Source: Azolla caroliniana (taxonomy: Eukaryota; Plantae; Polypodiophyta). From it: 64,000 nucleotides of DNA. A model generated the notes under the pieces. It had not been told where the DNA came from, did not search any database, and worked only from the letters and a program-made list of their open reading frames with translations. The DNA lies in the NCBI GenBank assembly GCA_043228905.1, contig JBHGNT010000013.1:18290001-18354000 (forward strand). Direction: 5' to 3'. Positions 23,308-35,900 of this stretch are shown piece by piece (position 1 is the first letter of the stretch; each line of letters begins with the position of its first letter). A program made the translations under genes and the position numbers.

Positions 23308-24041
23308 CACACTTATTGGTCGACTCCAAATGTTTCATTTACAACCAATTATGTAAGTTTATTTGACTAAGTATACATAGAAACATGATGAAAACAAAAT
23401 TTGACTCCCTAGATTCGGTGAATTTGTCTACCCAATGACACTTACTTTCTTAACCTTACTTATAATAATTTACATCATGACTACTAAATCTTCCGTCTTG
23501 TAAATTAGGGTGCTCGTCACACCAAAGGAAAGAATGTACTCATCGAACAACATATTGAACCGAAGACAACAATATTGTTTGATCATATGCGTAAGTTATT
23601 GTGCTTAATATTGGTTTTATTTCTATAAAGTGCTTACACACATTTGCTTGTGTTTGTTTTATTTCTCAACATCCAAATTTAATTCAGCCCATAACATATA
23701 AATAGATTCCTACTCGGTTTTTTGTGGAAAGTATAATTTGGATTAATCTACATGTACTAACCTAATGTGTGCAAATAGCACCCTTATATAAGCTTCTACG
23801 TAAAATAAATATATCATTCACATGATACTTGTTTTTTATTTATGTTGTAGTGACTAATAAATGGATTCTACCGAATCAAAATATGGATGACCACGAACTA
23901 AGAGATCTTAAAATATCGTCTCAAGCTATCAAAACCTATCAAGGCATTGCGCTCACTGATCTTTACAACAAAATTTTGAATAAATGGAAAGAATATTCTC
24001 CTCGGCTTTCTCAGAGCATAGATTATATATTGCTCCCCTAA
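23308..24041 (+). CDS. Three putative exons (23308-23352, 23509-23590, 23851-24041), possibly the 3' end of the GTPase gene
   Basis: GTAAGT donors at 23353 and 23591. AG acceptors at 23306-7, 23507-8 and 23849-50. Phases are compatible and the joined frame has no stop until 24041. Confidence 0.5.
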
Positions 24042-24404
24042 TATTAAACCTTTTTTTTCCCAAACATTGTTCAACTTTATATGTTTGAATTGTTACTTTG
24101 CATTGTTGATTTTATGTAATGATTTTACAACCCCAGTATTCAAAACCTTTATATTATAATAAGACTTTAGAATGAAAGCAAAGTGTGATAAATTCCATTA
24201 GCAAGATCCCGAGTGCTTGGTACTGATGGAAAGATACCATGCACGGGGATGGCCTGGATTCCCCTAAACCATTCTGCCTCAATGCTTATATTTGGTTAAC
24301 ACATTAGCAACCATTGTTCATCTTGTTCTTGCTCTTACAAACCCATTCAACACTATTTCTTGTCTTCTATTGATGGGAACATAATGTTCTTTGGTATTAA
24401 TATT

Positions 24405-24552
24405 TTATTGTGGATGTTTGAACTCGGTCTCCTTTTCCCGACAATAGACTTTATGTATTATGTAAATCATTTACTCTTTTATCATCATTGATATTTATTG
24501 TGGATCTTTGGACTTGGTCTCCTTTTCCCTACGACACACTTTATGTATTATA
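24405..24552. repeat. Short diverged direct repeat (~57 bp x2)
   Basis: TTATTGTGGAT..GGTCTCCTTTTCCC..ACTTTATGTATTAT at ~24405 and ~24496. Confidence 0.7.
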
Positions 24553-25074
24553 TCCTTGTTCTTATGCTATTTACAACTTCTCGCGTAAACCGTCTCAAGT
24601 TTAAATCATATTGTAACATTATGGTGAAAGTTTATGACTTCAAATCATTTAGTAACATTTGCATTTAAAGGGCTCCAATTTGAATCATACTCTAGACTAT
24701 GTTGCATTGCTCCTTACCCTAATGTTTCGTAACACTATAGTTTAATGAAATTATTCTTGTCGAATCGTGTGCTTCATTCATCTCTTGATCCAAAACTAGC
24801 CTCTTCAGCTTCAACACCCAAACGCAACAATTATCTAAGGCACATCCACACCAACATTACAAAAATACATCTTTTAGTTGTGTTTCAATTCAATGCATTT
24901 ATATAATATATCGTGCAAATTTGTTCCATATAAAGTGGGAATGGTTTATAAGGATTCCATATCCTTCAATCTTGGTAAATGATCTAGAAATAGCCAAAGT
25001 TATATCTTTGGAGGTTATGTAGACACTCATTTCGACATATGTTACATAACTCTATGGAAACATAGGAGAACAAC

Positions 25075-25450
25075 ATTGTGAACAATAAGCTCTTCGAATA
25101 TACTTCTTGTGCTTTTTCCAACTTGCCACACTTTGCATACAAGTCAAACAATGCAAGGCCAAGCACAATATTCTTTTCCAATAATCCTCTCTTCCGAACT
25201 TCCAGATGTATCTCTTTCTCCATCTCGAGGCCTTTCAGGTTTCCACAAGCTTTCAAGATGGAAACAAAACTTATTGCATTAGGAACTATTCGCTCATCAC
25301 ACATTTGCTTGAAACATTTCACGCCTTCATCCCCAAATCCATGTTTGGCATATCTAGCAATCAAGGAAGTCCAAGCCACAACATTTCGCACCGAAAGCTC
25401 TTCGAACACTTCTTATGCCTTCTCAAGCATTCCAAACTTGCAATACATTT
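25075..25450 (-). pseudogene. PLS-class pentatricopeptide repeat gene fragment
   Basis: MYCKFGMLEKA*EVFEELSVRNVVAWTSLIARYAKHG...ILKACG...LYAKCGKLEKAQEV. Has an in-frame stop and is truncated at both ends. Confidence 0.9.
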
Positions 25451-25452
25451 TC

Positions 25453-25800
25453 AAAGACAAGACTACCGTTTGACCATTCGTGTAAGTTATTTTCTTAATA
25501 TTGGTTTTATTTCTATAAAGTGCTTACACACATTTGCCTATTTGTTTCATTGCTCAACATCCAAATTTGATCTTCCCCATTACATGTGAATAGTTTTCTA
25601 TTTCGTTAATTGTAGAAAGTATAATTTGGATTAATCTATATACTAAGCTTCTACATAAAATATATAATTCACATGATACTTTTTATTTATGTTGTAGTGA
25701 ATAATAAATGGATCCTATAGAATCAAAAGATGGATGATCACAAATTAAGAGATGTTAAAATATTGTTGGAAGCTATAGAAACCTATCAAAGCATTACGTC
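25453..25800 (+). repeat. Diverged second copy of the intron/exon module at 23562-23955
   Basis: Shares GTAAGTTATT..CTTAATATTGGTTTTATTTCTATAAAGTGCTTACACACATTTG and TATGTTGTAG|TGA.TAATAAATGGAT. This exon copy has a stop. Confidence 0.85.
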
Positions 25801-25975
25801 TAACCTATATTTGCAAGTGGTGATGAGTAAGGATTCGAGATCAAGTAGCAAAAAAAAAACTATGATGATGTTTTGTAGAGATTAATATTAAACCCGAAAC
25901 CTTTTAGATTAGAATAGATAACCTTTACTAGTTCACCTCAAGACAAATGTAGCTTCTCGTCTAGTTTATCAATAT

Positions 25976-27110
25976 ACTCAAGCCTAAATATATCTTACCC
26001 AGCTACCAGCAGAGGACATTCTCCTAGTCGATCTAACTAGGAAATCTTGTTACTCTATTTACCTCTTTTCTAAATACATTCTGTCCTACTCATCGATGAT
26101 TTCCCACATTGATATCTCATCAGCCCATACGGCCTAGTTGCACAATAGTTCTTCCTCCTTGGGGGTGAAACCATAAAATGTACACTGTACGAATACATGT
26201 GGGGAAAAGTGATAATGTGGGATGTGTAAGTGAAAGAGACTGAGTATTTATAGTATACATTGCTCTTGTTCACATATTAAATGTGCTATTTGATTTATGG
26301 TAGCGGGGATATTCCTTTTTTGTCAACTAACTTGTTATTTAATATCACTCAAGTCCCTAGATTTAAGCTAAACCCAAATTGTACATAAAAAGTCAATGGA
26401 ACATACTCAAGACCATAGATTGACACATGCGTGATATTTGTAATATTCGAGAATACAAAATGGCCCAAAGAATATTATAAAACCATTTGTTTTAAGTTTA
26501 AATAATAAAAACTATTTAATTCACTAAAACATTAATTAAAGCACTAATAGTTATCTAATTAGGGTTTCATCCAAAAGTAGGGCTTCAACAAAACCAAGTT
26601 GAGAATAGGAAATATGGTTAAAATTAGGGTTTTCAACCAAATCCCTAATTGTAGGCCAAGAATAGGATGGGGGGGAGGCAAGGGTGTAATCATCATGCAC
26701 AGGAGCAAGGTGAAGCTTCTTTGTTGGCTGTTGGCTTGCCTACTAGCAGATTTAAAACAAATCGATTTTTTTAAAAAGAAAAGAAAAGAAAAGGAATACT
26801 TGAACATGTATTCGTATTCGTATTTGCATTCATTTGCTTTCATGGGGGAGGGCCCACTAATGCTAATATGTCAATCTATGCTCAAGACTAAATACATCTT
26901 AACCAACTACCAACAAAGAACCTTATTCAAGTCGAACTAGCTAGGCAATCAAATTATTCCACTTCCTTGTTTCCTAAATACATTCTGTCCAACTCATCTA
27001 TGGTTCCCGACATTGACATCTCATCGACCCATATGTCTTGCTTGCACAATAGTTATTCATCCTTTTGGATGCTATCACAAAATGTGCACTCTAAGAATAG
27101 AAGTGGGGAT
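25976..27110 (-). repeat. Diverged ~230-bp direct repeat (25976-26205 and 26881-27110) with decayed exon-like content
   Basis: Shared CTAAATACATTCTGTCC.ACTCATC and TTGCACAATAGTT. The minus strand reads as an AG/GT-bounded exon with stops. Confidence 0.65.
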
Positions 27111-27773
27111 TTATTACCAAGAGATTTATCGACACTTCCCCGCATAAAAATGACACTAGATTTTTGTGGGCTAGCCTTTGACATTTTTGTGGGCTATCCT
27201 TGCAATGTTTAGTATTGTCTTCTTATTACAAATGGCACCATATATATGTCCCTTTATGCATTAATGGATCCAATCTCTAAGACATTGCACACTTGGATTG
27301 AAAAAGGAAAATCAATGAAGTTGACTCTAAGAATGAGTTGCTAGTTCGATATAACCATGTAATTTTGGATTCTCTTGAATTTGTTTTTCTTTGGATCTCA
27401 AATATTTAGTTTAAGCCTCGAGAATGTTTTGTCATGGAGGTTTAAACATCGGGTCATTTGAAATAGGTAATATGTCGCATTCTCTTTTTCATATCTTAGT
27501 GAGATGTTAAAAAATGCCTTATTTAAGCAGAATTTCGAAAAGGCACGACACATGCGTGTGTGGTTTATGAAAACATAGTGAAAAATAGAACTAACTAATA
27601 TCACATCAACAAAATCATCCGACGTATATTCTATCTACCATGTTTTTGTCCAAATCTTAGACAAGGGTATATTCGTCAATGCAAGTATAATAGTAACACG
27701 AGTCAATGTGCATATTCTAAAATGCATACCCCACTAAATAAGTGACTTCTTCTAATTATGTGTGTGTACATAT

Positions 27774-28016
27774 ATTGTCACCCATTTCTGTGTCCTTGCT
27801 GGTTCTACGAGAGGAGAATATTCCCCCCATCTTAGTAGTGGAGGTGGCAAGGGAGGGAGGGTATGTGCATGTCCCTAAATGTGTAGGAGCCATTTTCTAA
27901 AATATATGATGTTCATATGACTTGTCATGACAACACAATACACGTACAACTAAATTGTCCTCCTATCTTGAATTTTAGTTAGGTTCTGTGGACAATAACA
28001 ACTTTCGGGCTTTACA
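27774..28016 (-). repeat. Right arm of the inverted repeat (partner 20873-21165)
   Basis: Reverse-complement match to the region upstream of the GTPase gene. Confidence 0.9.
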
Positions 28017-28049
28017 TCCTACGTACGCTCGATCTAATGTGGTACATGT

Positions 28050-29750
28050 GAAGCAAGGGGGATGAATATATAGTGGATCCTGCTACAATAATTGACATAT
28101 TATATGTTCACTACTTTAAGGACTTGATTGGCCCACAAGTGTTAATGACAAATGAGGTGAGTAGAGCATGCTCTGAGTTTTATGATGTGGCTGGATGTAT
28201 TCTGCATGACCTCATTAGTCATGAATTGGATGCGAATTTCACTGAGGATGAGATGGACACGGTTTTTGAGGCATCTTCCCAGTGATAAGAGCCTTGGTTG
28301 GAATGGCTTCACAAATGAACTTTTTAAGTGATATTCGAACATTCTAAAGGGGCCCTTAACGTTGTCGTTTCAACATTCTTGGGATTTTTTTTGGTTGTCT
28401 GCCTCAACCTTAGAACGTTGGTCTAATTAAATTAGTTCTGAAGGTGGCATCTCTCGAGTCAATTACAAAAGTATTTACCGAAGTTGCCAAATATGGTTTT
28501 ATTGAATGTAGGAATATATTGCATAATGTGTTTTCATGTTCTATTATCGGCTTAGGATAACACGGTGTCGAATTTTCGGTCCTTTGGTGATTCGACTCAA
28601 GGTCTTGTGGTCGGGGATAAAGCGGGGTTTGCTTTGCTTTGAACTGGTTCGATGATTTCGAACTACAGACTTAAACGGGGATCGAAACTGAGACTGTGCG
28701 ATTGTGGAGGTGACAGGCCGGCTACAACCGATTGTACACACATGATATGTAGATGTGTACTCAACACAAATGAAAGACAACACAATACTCAGATATTGCC
28801 ATCACAAGATCTGTTCATTAAGGATCCCAATTAGCCCATTATTGTTTCCTATTGTTACTCATTCCTTGTTAGTGATGCTGTCAAGGCTTACAACAAATGG
28901 TGACATTGGGGGCCTACACCTTTGGTAACTAGCAGCACAAGCTTTGGCAGATGATTATTTCATGTTTCTACAAGTCTCATGTTAAGAGAATCTTGAGAAG
29001 GGGATGATTATGCAGAACCAATTTACATTCGCTTCCGGATTACATATTAATTGGAGGAAGTCTAGTCTCATATCATGTACTAAAAAGGATTTGGAATGTT
29101 TAGGATGGCAAGGGTCCGTGGTGAAGAAAGACTCTATTTTTCTACACTTGGGTATCCATTGTGAATGAATGTTACAAATGGTCAATTGATTGAATGGATG
29201 TCTAGTAATTTTAGGGATATTAAGTTCATATATTGGAAGTTACAATCTTGCCCATTTCATGTATGCTTGAAGGTTGCACAATGTATTATGGAACCCATGA
29301 TATTATATTACTTATCGTTTTTGCCATCATGGACAAAGAAGGCTTTGCATTTTGTTTTACAACCTCTTCGATATTTGTTGTCACAGAAGACGAGGGATAA
29401 GATGGGAGTCACATGGGTTGTGTGGAATCATCTAGCAACAACCCATGAGCGCTTGGGGGTAGCTAGCATATTGGACTTATCTATGCATATGATGGCTTGT
29501 AGCTTTTCATTATTACAAGATATGTGTTCAAACTCACATCCATGGATATCTATTGCTCAATATTTAATTGAGAACAAGGGTTTAGCACATGGGAATACAA
29601 CGATTAAGGATTCATGGTGGCAATCACTAAATGGCTATATTTCATTTATGATTCCAAGCTCTTCATGTGTTCAACAGTTCAATGGTTATCTCATGGCAAG
29701 AAGCTCTCTTATTATGTGCATGGAGACCATCACCTAGTAGAGAGCGTTGT
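28050..29750 (+). mobile_element. Second degenerate L1-type LINE ORF2 fragment, related to the LINE at 1-12800
   Basis: KSLGWNGFTNELFK, GLIKLVLK, YGFIECRNILHNV, VTHSLLVMLSRLTTNGDIGGLHL and ALADD. Internal deletions. An unrelated ~220-bp piece ending CAACA sits at ~28545-28766. Confidence 0.8.
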
Positions 29751-29756
29751 ATAATT

Positions 29757-30389
29757 CTCTACCTATGGACTGACTCAGAGTCTATCGAGAGAATACAAGA
29801 CTGACAGATTTCCTCCCACAGGAGTGAAGGGGGAGTTTGTTGGGATATGTCCCTCCAGTGGGAGGAAGATCTGGCCGTCTGGAAAGCCGATAGTCAAGGA
29901 GCCGAGTTGACGAGAAACCGGAATCGTGTAAATAGCCAACTCGGGAGACTATGCTCATAAATAGGCTAAGTGTGCGCCCCATGAGGGCTACGTATTTAAA
30001 TAGCCAGAAAAGTTGTGTAAGTATATATGCAACTAGGAAAAACTTTAACTAGGTGATGAACATAGTTAAAAGTGTGTACTGGAGTTGTAATGCACGAGAG
30101 AGAGAGTGAGAGAGAGAGTGTGTGTGAGCCGCGCCATAGTTGTGTGTGTAACAGCAGACGCGAAGAGCCCTGTGCGGCTGATGCACTCGACAAAGTGTTG
30201 TATTCCTCTCGGTGTTGTATATCCACTATTTTGTATAGTGAAGTTTCTGTCCCCATGGTTTTCCCCATTTTAGGGTTTCCACGTAAATCTCTGTGCACCA
30301 TTCATCTTGTCTTTTCTGGCATTTTTTGTAAACCGTATTTCAGTGTGTAGTTCGTCTATTGTGATCTATTCCACATCGATTTCTTGACA
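29757..30389 (+). mobile_element. Orphan 3' end of a family-A-related copia (RNase H tail, PPT, 3' LTR 29838-30389)
   Basis: GTGAAGGGGGAGTT TGTTGGGAT is identical to the family A PPT/LTR junction. The LTR ends TGACA. No partner LTR in the window. Confidence 0.8.
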
Positions 30390-32999
30390 GTTACAAGTAT
30401 TTATACATGTTTGTGGGCTCTACATTTAGTTCCATGCATCGACCCATTTTCATGCAGAAGCTTTTGGAGCTTTCTAGAAGCTTCTAAAAACTCCTAGAAC
30501 TTGGAATAGATAATTTACTAATAATCTACTAAGATATGGATAACAAGACCATGTATTTGGATGTGTTGTTTAAAACATAACACTTGATTAGATACAAGAG
30601 GTGAAGAGCTCGAATCTTGACATGACTATTGTCACATCCGTGACATAAACACCAATAACTTGGCAATAAATAGCATTGTGATAAAACTTGTCAAATTTTA
30701 GAAATATCACTCAAAATAGCAATTCGATATTGTATGAAATGATGAGTATTATCTTCCATTTGAACAATATAGGAAACACAATTGTCCATTGCTAGTCCAA
30801 GTCGCTTTAGAGCTAATCCCAAAGGCAAATTCCCAATCAAACTCTCGAAATGATGACTTTTGCTAGAAGTGGCAATTTAGATTGCCAACTACGTTTTAAG
30901 ATTTGCTAATGTCTGTGATCAAAGTTATATATTTTCTATTCTTGTTTGGCCTCAGATAATAGCCATCGAAGAGACTTAACAGAGCAATGATACAAAATAT
31001 TAGTAGTATATTATAAACATGACGTCTAATTCCGTAAACACCAATCAATTCATGGTTGGTCTTCTACTTGTAAAGGTAAAGGACCTTGTATCAATGAAAT
31101 ATTTTGTACTTGTTGTCATATAAACCCATAATTGGGCGTGATGTGGAATAATTGTCACAGTTCAATAAACTCTAAAATTCTTCAAGATGGAGCCTCAACT
31201 ATATCTCCCGCCTCGACCCCCAAACGAATCAAGCAATTAAATTGAGAGTGTAATCTCTCCTTTCCAGATTAACAGAATAACTGAAAAGACACAAACACAA
31301 GCTCCTTTCGAGGATTAGTAGAGCAAATTCATCAAAAGTAACATCTCTACTAATTACGAATTTAGGTGACTTAGGATCAGGACACCACAACCTATATCCT
31401 TTCACCCCAGAAGCATAACCAAGAAAAATACATTTTCTAGCTCGAGGCTCCAATTTTCCTTCACTAACATGCATATAAGCAGGACATCCAAATATTCTCA
31501 AATTTGAATAATTAGCAGGTTTACCAGACCATACCTCTTCAGGAGTTTTAAACTCAATTGTCGTCGATGGTGAACAATTCACTAGGAAACATGTTGTGGA
31601 AACTGCTTCAGCCCAAAAGTGTTTGGACAACCGAGCATTGGAAAGCATACAACGAGCCATCTCCAAAAGAGTTCGGTTCATACACTCAGCTACGGTGTTT
31701 TAACTACTGTGCGATGTCTGGAAATTCCTTCAAACTCGCAAAACTTGTTAAAATCTCCTCCGCAAAATACCAAACCATTATCAGTTCGAAGTCTTCTAAT
31801 CTGCTTTCCCGTCTGCTTCTCGATCAGAATTTTCCACTTCTTGAAAGTATCAAACACATCACTTTGTGTTTAAGAAAATAAACCTAGACTTTTCTTGAAA
31901 AATCATCAATAAAAGTCAAAAGATATCGAGTTCCTCCTTTCGATGGAACTGGTGCTGGTCCCCACAAATCAGAGTGAATATAATCCAAAGAACCTCTAGT
32001 CTTATGGATTCCAGTGCCAAAGTTGAGTCTCTTCTGCTTTCCGAATACACAATGCTCACAAAAATCCATCTTTCTGGTACATTGGCCACAAAGTAGTCCT
32101 CGTTTGCTCAACAAGGTTAAACCTTTCTCGCTCATATGCCCGAGCCTCATGTGCCATAACTTCGTAGCATTAGAATCTGACATAGATGATGAAGAAACTG
32201 CTATAGAAGCCGTCACTGTCGAGCCATGTAATACGTACAAGCTTCCTACTTTTCTAGCCTTCATCACAACCAACGCACCTTTGCTAACTTTTAATACTCC
32301 ACCTTCAGCTAAGAACTTGCACCCGTTGGCGTCAAGGGTGCCCAATGAGATGAGATTCTTCTTCAGATCAGGAACATGCCTCACATCAGTCAATGTTCTG
32401 ACAGTCCCATCAGCCATCCGGATCCGTACTGTTCCTATTCCAATAGTTTTGCATGGAGCATTATTCCCCATCAAAACTACTCCTCCATTAATAGACTTGT
32501 ATGATGAAAACCAATTCTGATTGGGACACATATGATAAGAACAACTAGTATTCATAATCCACTCATCATTCAGCTTGATTGACTTTTCTGTCACAAGGAG
32601 CACATCAACATCGCCTCCCACTTCAGCAACAATAGCCTTACCTGCATCCTCATTTCTATCTTGTGGAGTATTCTTTTTTCTATGCAACTTATCACAATTC
32701 TTGTGAACGTGCCATGGTTCTTTACAGTGCCAACACACAACAGATCTACTTCTGGATTTAGATCTAGATTTAGGCCTATCTCTATTGTTCCCTTTTTGTT
32801 TAGATCTACCCCTTACATATAAACCCTGTGCCTAACTATCACTAGTTTGTCCAGTGATATCGTGATCAATCTTTTCTTTAGTTTCCAAAGAAAATTTAAC
32901 ATCTTTTAGAGAAATAGTATTTTTTCCATACAACATAGTTTCTCTAAAATGTCTATATGAATGGGGTAACAAACACAACAACAACAATGCCTTATCTTC

Positions 33000-35900
33000 T
33001 GTTGGGATTTCGGTCCCTCCGGATGGGATGTCCGGAGATGAATGACGGCAAGCCCGGAGGCTGTTACGGAACCGTAGGATGAAGAGTACCCGGTTACGGA
33101 GCCGGATGCTGTAGACCCCGGCTACGGAGCCGGATGACGAAGACCCGGCTACGGAGCCGGATGATGAATGTACCCGGAGAGAGATCCGGATGCGGGGACA
33201 TATTTGTGAATATGTTTGCCAAGGGCCCTTGTGGCTATATTTGTAAATGGCCCGAAAAGTCATATGTGTATAAATATGACTTAGGGCAAACAGTTTTTTA
33301 GTTGTTGCTCATTTTCTGTTTTCCACGAAGAGGGAGCGAAGTGAGAGCAGCCGAGAGAGAGAGAGGAAGGAAGAGGTCGACGCCTCTGTGTAATACCGCC
33401 GCCTGTGGCGAGGACAGTGAGCTCAAGGTTGTTGCCTTGTAGCTTCACCATTGTACATCCCTGTTCATAGTGATAGTTGGAGTTTGAGGACTCCCGTGGT
33501 TTTTTCCCATTTAGGGTTTTTCCACGTAAAACATCCAGTGTATCCTTCTCTCTATTGTTTTCGTGCATTTCTTTGTATTTCCTGTTTTCTGTGAATCGAT
33601 CCTGTTCCTCGGTTGTGGCCGAGCACGGACTTTCAACAAAGTGGTATCAGAGCACCGTAACACAGAAAATGGAAGGCGGCGGCAGTGGGCCTCCGGGCAT
33701 GATGGTGTTGAACTCACAGAACTACGCCGACTGGAAGATCAAGATGGAGGACCTTCTGATTGTTCGGGACCTGTACGAACCGATTGACAGGTCGGAAATA
33801 CCGAAAGGGGTACTTGAGTCGGAGTGGAAGCTCCTGAACCGGAAAGCCGTAGCGACGATCCGACAATATGTCGATGTAAGCGTCCTACAACATGTGGCGA
33901 ACGACACCAACGCATACGAAATGTGGAAGAAGCTGTCGGGCCTCTATGAGAGGAAGAATGCGTTGAACCGGACCTCGCTGATGAGGAAGATAGTGAATCT
34001 CAAGTACCGGGACGGCGAGAGTATGGTGGAACACGTAAGCACGTTCATGGGATTCGTGAACCAGCTTGCGGCGATCAAGTTCCCGTTGGAGGATGCAATG
34101 CAAGCCATCATCCTGATGTGTACATTGCCGGACAGCTGGGAGAACTTGGTAGTGACTCTCAGCACCTCCTGCACCGAAGATAACTTGTCTCTACAAACGG
34201 TAAAGACAAGTATTTTGAACGAAGAAGCGCGTCGGAGAGATAAAGAACCGGCCTCCGACACGAAGGCGCTGCTTACCGAATCGGATCGGGGAAGACAATG
34301 GAACCGGAGTCCGCAAAGACGGGAGAAGTCGGGGACCCGGTCGCAGTCAAGAGGAAGGCCCACATGCTTCCACTGTGGGAAGCCGGGGCACTTCCGAAAG
34401 AATTGTCGGCATTACCGAAAAGACAACGGAGCCGACGATACCGATTCGAAGAAGTCACCGGAGAGAAACGGTGCATACCGGGGAGCCACGGACCGGAGAG
34501 GTTCGGATCGGCGAGGGCAGGACCGGAAAGGAACAACGACACTCGCGGCAAGTGAGGAAGAAATCATGCTCATCACCGAAGAAGGTGAGCTAAACGTTGC
34601 CGGCGATGAGACGACCTGGGTGGTCGATTCCGGAGCATCGTTCCACCTGACCCCGGAGAGAAGATACTTCTCATCCTACACAGCCGGTGAGCATGGCTGT
34701 GTTCGGATGGGAAATGAAGGTACGTGCCGGATTGCCGGCATAGGAGACGTGTGGTTGACAACCCCGACCGGATGCAAAATGCTGCTGAAGGATGTCCGAC
34801 ACGTTCCGGAGGTTCGATTGAACCTGATTTCGGCCGGGAGGCTAGACGATGAAGGCTACACAGGTAGCATCCAGAACGGCGTCATGAAGTTCAGCAAAGG
34901 GAGCCTGATAGTGGCTCGGGCCCGGAAAGACAACACATTGTACCTGATGAATGCCCGGTTATGTCCGGAAGAGTTGAATGTGGCGGCCGACACTGCCGGT
35001 GAGCTGTGGCACAAGAGATTGTGCCACATGAGTGAGAAGGGGATGAAGAGGCTTGCAGAAGACAACCTTATCCCAGTGAAGCATGTGCACCTGGAGAAGT
35101 GCACCGATTGCCTGGCCGGTAAGCAGAACCGAACCTCCTTCCACTCAAGGCCACCGACGAGACGTAGCGCACCATTGGAGTTGGTGCACACCGATGTGTG
35201 TCAGGTAGAAACGAAGTCACATGGCGGAGCCCAGTACTTCGTAACTTTTATAGATGATCATAGCCGAAGACTGTGGACGGCACCGTTGAAGACAAAGGAC
35301 CAAGTGTTGTGCGTCTTCAAAGAACTCCACGCGAGAGTGGAAAGGGAATCCGGCAAGAAGCTGAAAGCGATACGAGCGGATAACGGAGGGGAATACCGGG
35401 GGCAGTTCCAGGAGTACTGTCGCTCGAAGGGAATCCGACTCGAGTTTAATGTGCCGAAGACGCCGGAACTGAACGGGCTCGCCGAGAGGATGAACCGGAC
35501 AATAATGGAGCGGGTCCGGAGTATGCTGGCGCATGCGAAATTACCCAAGGGGTTTTGGGCTGAGGCAATGTCGACGGCGACATATGTGATAAACAGATCA
35601 CCCTCAGTACCTTTGGACGGAGACACGCCGCAGAGAGTGTGGACCGGTAGGGAAGTATCCTACCGGCATCTGAAGGTGTTCGGGTGTCTCGCATTTGTAC
35701 ATGTGGCAAAGGACCGGAGAGGAAAGCTAGATCCAAAGACCCGGCCATGCATATTCCTCGGTTACGGCGACGACGAGTTCGGCTACCGAGTATGGGACCC
35801 GGTCGACAAGAAGATATTCAGGAGTCGAGACATCATCTTCATGGAGGACAAGACACTCGCCGACTGGGAGTCGGAGAAGAAGATGAAGAGCTCCAAGTCG

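Noticed and set aside
30390-31300. Possible additional LTR or the missing 5' part of GTPase paralog 2
   Set aside because: It has some LTR-like composition but no partner, PBS or TSD, and no P-loop coding sequence was found.
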